Of a DNA stretch of 64,000 nucleotides, positions 62,027 through 64,000 are shown piece after piece. The notes below the pieces were generated by a model, which searched no databases, was not told where the DNA came from, and saw only the letters and a list, made by a program, of their open reading frames with translations. Both the position numbers and the translations under genes were made by a program. The stretch lies in the NCBI GenBank assembly GCA_000002445.1, contig CP000067.1, forward strand, positions 1,024,001 to 1,088,000. Direction: 5' to 3'. This stretch comes from Trypanosoma brucei. Lineage: Eukaryota. Position 1 is the first letter of the stretch. Each line of letters begins with the position of its first letter.

Positions 62027-63646
62027 TTAAGTACCCTGTTCTGAAGGAGTTATGCGTCGGTACTGCTCGCAAAGTTGGTGGGCGTAGTGCCGTAATGCCC
62101 TTACCTCTTCATGAACTCCTTCAGCCGAATGAAGGACAACAATGGATATATTGCATCCTTTTGCAAAAAGTGCGTACGCCAACTTGCGCCTACTCATACA
62201 CGTGACGAGTGGGATATTGCCCTTCACACAGTGGGAGTGTATCTCCTCGAGTGTTCCACTAACCCCAAGCTCCCCTACCGTTTTGTGTTGCGACCTGCTA
62301 ACGGTGGCTACCACATTCTCTGCAGTCCCTTCTCTTTCAACGCAGAACTCTTTGTCTATGTTTGGACTGAGAGTGCCGTTTAACTCAATGTCTGAAGCAA
62401 TTAGTACAACAGGAATCCGAGTGGCAGCAGCCCTGAGCGCCCGTAAGGTTTCCCTCATTCCGGTCGAATAGAACTTTCTGGCCTTGAATTGGAGTGGTTT
62501 CTCCTTTTTCATACGCTTTTGAAGAGTGTACTGCCGCTGAAGGATAGTAAAAACGATATCGTCCAACCTGTCCGTTAGAATGTTAGCGCAAGAAGAGACG
62601 AGATACCTAGGGATCGGATTTCTGGGTTTGTTGCTGTTGGCAGCAGCCACCAACAAGTCCGGTGTGGTATTGTGCAACTGAGCCACTTCACTAGCAGTGA
62701 GCTGCCGTGGGTGGCGCCCACTTCGCTGGTCAATAACGGCCGTCAGTGGATGTGTGCCGATCCCCATTAGGGATAAGGAGGGGTAAAAATTAACAAAATT
62801 CGGTTCGCCGTCGGAGCCAACGTTATCAGCCTTGGCAGCACCTTCTGAGTCCCCCTGCTTCCCTGCTGAGGCGCCCTCGTTGCATTCTCCCCGCGTTTGG
62901 CTCCTGTCAGGTTCCACAGTCGGAGCATCCTCCCGCGTGGCTCCCGTATTTACTGTAATCACGCCCCCTTTCCACCCCAAGGCAGTTTTGTTCAAACGCT
63001 TCCGCAGTCTGCGGATAGTTGTGAGGCAGCGCGCCGCCTTCACGTAAGATTTACGGTTCATTTCACTGTGTAATCTAGCGTACAGGGAATGCAACTTCCC
63101 GACGAGTGCTTGAAGAGGTTGTAGCGTATGACTGGGTGAAGTCAGTGCAGTATTTTCCGATGAAGAAGTTACTGAGCTACCGACTGCAACTGCCGCCAGA
63201 GCGTCCTGTATACTGCTTTGCTGATCTCCGTTTATAAGCGATTCAAACACTTCGCGTCGTAGCTCAACAATAGACCGCTTAAATTTCGAATAACGTGCCC
63301 TATGATTGAAGGGACCGTCCGGGTTGCGCAGCTTACCCTTGGCTAAAAAATGCTTTTTGCCCGCATGCAACGTTTTACCGGGGCCTACCTGGCGCGTCAC
63401 AGTGGGCTTTAGCCGGACGGGCACCTTCTGTGAGGCCGGTGGGTTTTGGTTCCCAAAGTGCCCCTTTCGCTCTCTTGGAGACTTTGGCACATCATCTGAA
63501 ACCTTGTTAGCCTGTGGCGCTGGGAGGAAATCGCTAACAAATGCGGTAGCCGTAACGCGCTTGCGCCTTCCATTGCAGTCCCACCTTACTCGTTTTCGAC
63601 GCGGCTTTGCGACTCCATACGAGTCGCCACCTTGCTCACTTGACAT
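62027..63646 (-). CDS. Basic protein with a C-terminal L7Ae/L30e-like RNA-binding domain
   Basis: The 539-aa ORF has an ATG start. The N-terminus is highly basic (KPRRKRVRWDCNGRRKRV). The C-terminal 150 aa contain RIPVVLIASDIELNG and GNIPLVTCMSRRKLAYALFAKGCNISIVVL. These resemble the L7Ae-family KLVIIASDV and IPYVYVPSKKELG blocks. The family assignment is by eye only. Confidence 0.5.
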   Translation of the reverse strand: MSSEQGGDSYGVAKPRRKRVRWDCNGRRKRVTATAFVSDFLPAPQANKVSDDVPKSPRERKGHFGNQNPPASQKVPVRLKPTVTRQVGPGKTLHAGKKHFLAKGKLRNPDGPFNHRARYSKFKRSIVELRREVFESLINGDQQSSIQDALAAVAVGSSVTSSSENTALTSPSHTLQPLQALVGKLHSLYARLHSEMNRKSYVKAARCLTTIRRLRKRLNKTALGWKGGVITVNTGATREDAPTVEPDRSQTRGECNEGASAGKQGDSEGAAKADNVGSDGEPNFVNFYPSLSLMGIGTHPLTAVIDQRSGRHPRQLTASEVAQLHNTTPDLLVAAANSNKPRNPIPRYLVSSCANILTDRLDDIVFTILQRQYTLQKRMKKEKPLQFKARKFYSTGMRETLRALRAAATRIPVVLIASDIELNGTLSPNIDKEFCVEREGTAENVVATVSRSQHKTVGELGVSGTLEEIHSHCVKGNIPLVTCMSRRKLAYALFAKGCNISIVVLHSAEGVHEEVRALRHYAHQLCEQYRRITPSEQGT

Positions 63647-64000
63647 AGCTGAGAATAAATGAAAACGGAGGGGGAAGCACCTTCAATACATAAAAGATGC
63701 CCACTGATTGTCAACTGGTTAGCTCTAACAGCCATTTAAGGGTTCATATCTTTGTATTTGCTGTTGCCTCAACCTCCCTCCATTTCAGGACCACGGACAC
63801 GGCCCCAGATGGTAACAATCCCTGTGTACATTCCACCGCGCTGCTGATATTTTATAACTGTGGTTTATAATACACACCCTGAGAAAATCAAGAAGGCCCG
63901 TCAACAATTATGCAGCCCTCCTGGTCGCAAACGCCCCGTACTAAGTGAACCGGTCCGCTGACTTCATTGGCAAGAGGGACTTTACCACGTGCTATAACCA

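Noticed and set aside
1-64000. Prokaryote-style features (CRISPR arrays, operon promoters and terminators, insertion sequences, phage modules)
   Set aside because: The sequence is clearly eukaryotic and kinetoplastid: a unidirectional intron-less gene cluster, polypyrimidine/AG spacers, kinesin, calpain and a PTS1-bearing enzyme. No direct-repeat/spacer array and no transposase or integrase ORF is present.

Overview
This window reads as a gene-dense internal stretch of a kinetoplastid chromosome, most likely an African trypanosome of the Trypanosoma brucei group (organism and locus are my inference from memory, not a search). I support 22 intron-less protein-coding genes, and every one is on the minus strand, so the window is a single directional, presumably polycistronic, gene cluster. 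Intergenic spacers are AT-rich and low-complexity, with polypyrimidine tracts on the transcribed strand and (TA)n microsatellites between nearly every pair of genes. I found no rRNA, tRNA, CRISPR array or intact mobile element, but I could not search systematically for snoRNAs by eye.

The recognisable genes are: a DEAH-box helicase cut by the window edge, a kinesin-13, a CRAL-TRIO/polytopic/lipase-3-like membrane protein, five amino-acid transporter (AAT) genes, two catalytically substituted calpain-like genes including a CAP5.5-like one, a DnaJ protein, a TRM13-like tRNA methyltransferase, an ABCD-type half ABC transporter, a mevalonate kinase ending in -SKL, a sterol-desaturase/fatty-acid-hydroxylase family protein, an L7Ae-like protein and several hypotheticals. 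Three of the five AAT genes sit in a near-identical 3.31-kb tandem triplication.

The supplied ORF track opens several ORFs on TTG or GTG and translates that codon as M. Where this happened I moved the start to the first in-frame ATG. Start and end coordinates may be off by 1-3 nt because I indexed by hand.

The observations I rate highest are the AAT tandem array with its mosaic paralog, the apparent pseudo-lipase fusion, the paired pseudo-calpains, the glycosome-related pair (ABCD transporter plus -SKL mevalonate kinase) and a 4.4-kb gene-free region of extreme strand asymmetry.
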